In this document: positions 63,301 to 64,000 of the stretch, piece after piece
Position numbering within the stretch: the stretch's first letter is position 1
How the letters are laid out: every line of letters starts with the position of its first letter
NCBI RefSeq assembly: GCF_032062105.1
Contig: NW_026938891.1
Span: 186,001-250,000, forward strand
DNA: 64,000 nucleotides
Origin: Saccostrea cucullata
Taxonomy: Eukaryota
Direction: 5' to 3'
Program-made: the position numbers and the translations under genes
Notes under the pieces: model-generated
Told to the model about the DNA's origin: nothing
The model's database searches: none
What the model saw: the letters and a program-made list of their open reading frames with translations, nothing else

Positions 63301-63739
63301 TTATTTTGTCTTGTTTAACTGTTAATTTAGATATCTGTATGCTTCACATATCTGCCCAAATTGACTAGGAACCAAAGGGTCCGGATAAATGAGGCTCCAA
63401 TGTACTCAATCGATTCGTTCATCTCTTTTTATGTGACTTTATATCAAACAAAGTACACTTTACTGTTGATGTAAAATTATAAAGATGTAGCAAAATTGAC
63501 AAAATTAATGTTTGCTTTATAAGTGACATTGTTTTCACTCATCAAATTTATCATACTGTTTATTATACTTTCATATAAATTAGATGAATCTGATTGATTG
63601 ATATTTACTGTAGGAGACAGCAGATGGCCCCGCCTGGAATTATCCCTCCCAGCCCTACACCTGCTCCATTAAGTCCCCCAAAAAAGAGAGCAAGTTAAAA
63701 GGACTGAAGAGCTATATAGCCTACCAACTCACACCTTCT
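48349..63739 (+). CDS. SNX9/18/33: SH3-PX-BAR sorting nexin (SNX9/18/33, lst-4/SH3PX1 family), 5' part; continues past window end
   Basis: Exons 48349-48360 (MADM|gtaagt), 52513-52608 (ARGLYDFAGDVDNGELTFAAGETLTI), 59621-59695 (DIGEGWWEAKNETGEQGLIPEAYVQ; SH3), 60475-60780 (Pro-rich, WDDDWDDD AP2/clathrin-type motif), 62746-62861, 63049-63139 (NRFSTFAKTGGDAFLMG, yoke), 63614-63739 (KESKLKGLKSYIAYQLTPS, PX start). All phases consistent. Confidence 0.92.
48899..49330 (+). mobile_element. decayed Penelope-like retroelement RT C-terminal fragment plus 3' motif
   Basis: Reads DKHDDFNFS..FP..CSNIP.S.A..VY, resembling the PLE RT motif DKRDDFNF.IVNFP.L.SNIP..PAYGVY; 3' motif related (inverted) to 39305-39371. 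Confidence 0.55.
52582..53016. repeat. 39-bp tandem repeat built from the end plus donor of SNX exon 52513-52608
   Basis: Unit GGGGAAACCCTCACAATCATAGCACAG|GTAAGATTTCCT, about 10 copies. Confidence 0.92.
53385..53485 (+). mobile_element. tRNA-derived SINE / tRNA-like pseudogene
   Basis: A box tagctcagttgg (53395-53406) and B box ggttcaaatcc (53439-53449); acceptor stem does not pair. Confidence 0.6.
54750..55180. mobile_element. HINE-like element (reverse orientation)
   Basis: cacgcaa..ttgcgtg hairpin, gtca microsatellite, duplicated agatgtgcatattaccaggaaattctgat unit. Confidence 0.55.
55185..56230. mobile_element. HINE-like element with about six 146-bp tandem units
   Basis: tatacccc..ggggtata hairpin, (tctg)n, repeated cacaaagattgcccatgacc..gaccttgacccaaggtcatttgggg; ends ..cagttctagtt. 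Confidence 0.72.
58975..59160. repeat. DNA-transposon-like subterminal palindromic repeats (atattttgaacccgggttcaaaatat)
   Basis: Palindrome at about 58992-59016 and 59121-59146; local duplication of attaaatcaacaatttcatatatcagcag. Confidence 0.5.
62242..62457. mobile_element. MITE (ctgtagattccta..tagggaatctacag)
   Basis: Terminal inverted repeats similar to the CTGTA family. Confidence 0.6.
63214..63402. mobile_element. degenerate pogo-like MITE
   Basis: ta|cagtgga..tccaatg|ta with atctgga/tccggat subrepeats. Confidence 0.5.
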
Positions 63740-63821
63740 GTAAGTGACATCTCTATTTGTTCTATACCTTTAATGTAATGGCAATATCAAGCACACTAAG
63801 GCAAAAACATTTATAAAAGTA

Positions 63822-63982
63822 CAGTTGAACCTGGATATCTTGGATTCATTGGGACTGAGATTCCAAGGATTGGAGATATCCAGGGTAAAATACTTAAAGA
63901 ATAAGTGGTTGGGACTTTCATATCACTTCGACATATCCATGGCATTTATGATGTCCATGTTTGAGATATCGGGGTTCAACTG
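63822..63982. mobile_element. pogo-like MITE (CAGTTGAACC..GGTTCAACTG, TA TSD)
   Basis: Clear TIRs flanked by TA; degenerate relatives near 15325-15475 and 58140-58400. Confidence 0.72.
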
Positions 63983-64000
63983 TAGGTGTATGCGTAGAAT

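Overview
AT-rich, intron-rich animal genomic DNA; the repeat landscape suggests a bivalve or oyster (inference). Two divergently oriented host genes. (1) A minus-strand gene with 30 coding exons (about 4214-36296, about 1566 aa, every intron phase checked by eye) encoding a TRPM2-like/TRPS(CED-11)-like channel: SLOG/MHR, six TM segments, TRP box, coiled coil and a NUDT9-homology domain with a degenerate Nudix box. (2) The 5' part of a plus-strand SNX9/18/33-type sorting nexin (48349 to beyond 63739). Between them is a very young, full-length PAT-like tyrosine-recombinase retrotransposon (40861-46884) with identical split direct repeats A1..B1A2..B2, gag-CCHC-RT-RNaseH-MT and YR. Its gag is interrupted by a 1256-bp MITE with perfect 94-bp TIRs and a 5-bp TSD. 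Introns carry TA-flanked MITEs, a hAT-like MITE, Helentron-associated satellite carriers, Crypton-like hairpins and a SINE. The most striking pattern is recurrent 'splice-site echo' arrays: tandem repeats whose unit is an exon end plus its own splice site, amplified into the adjacent intron. It is clear at three donors and one acceptor in two unrelated genes, and one array is about 3.6 kb with roughly 100 copies.
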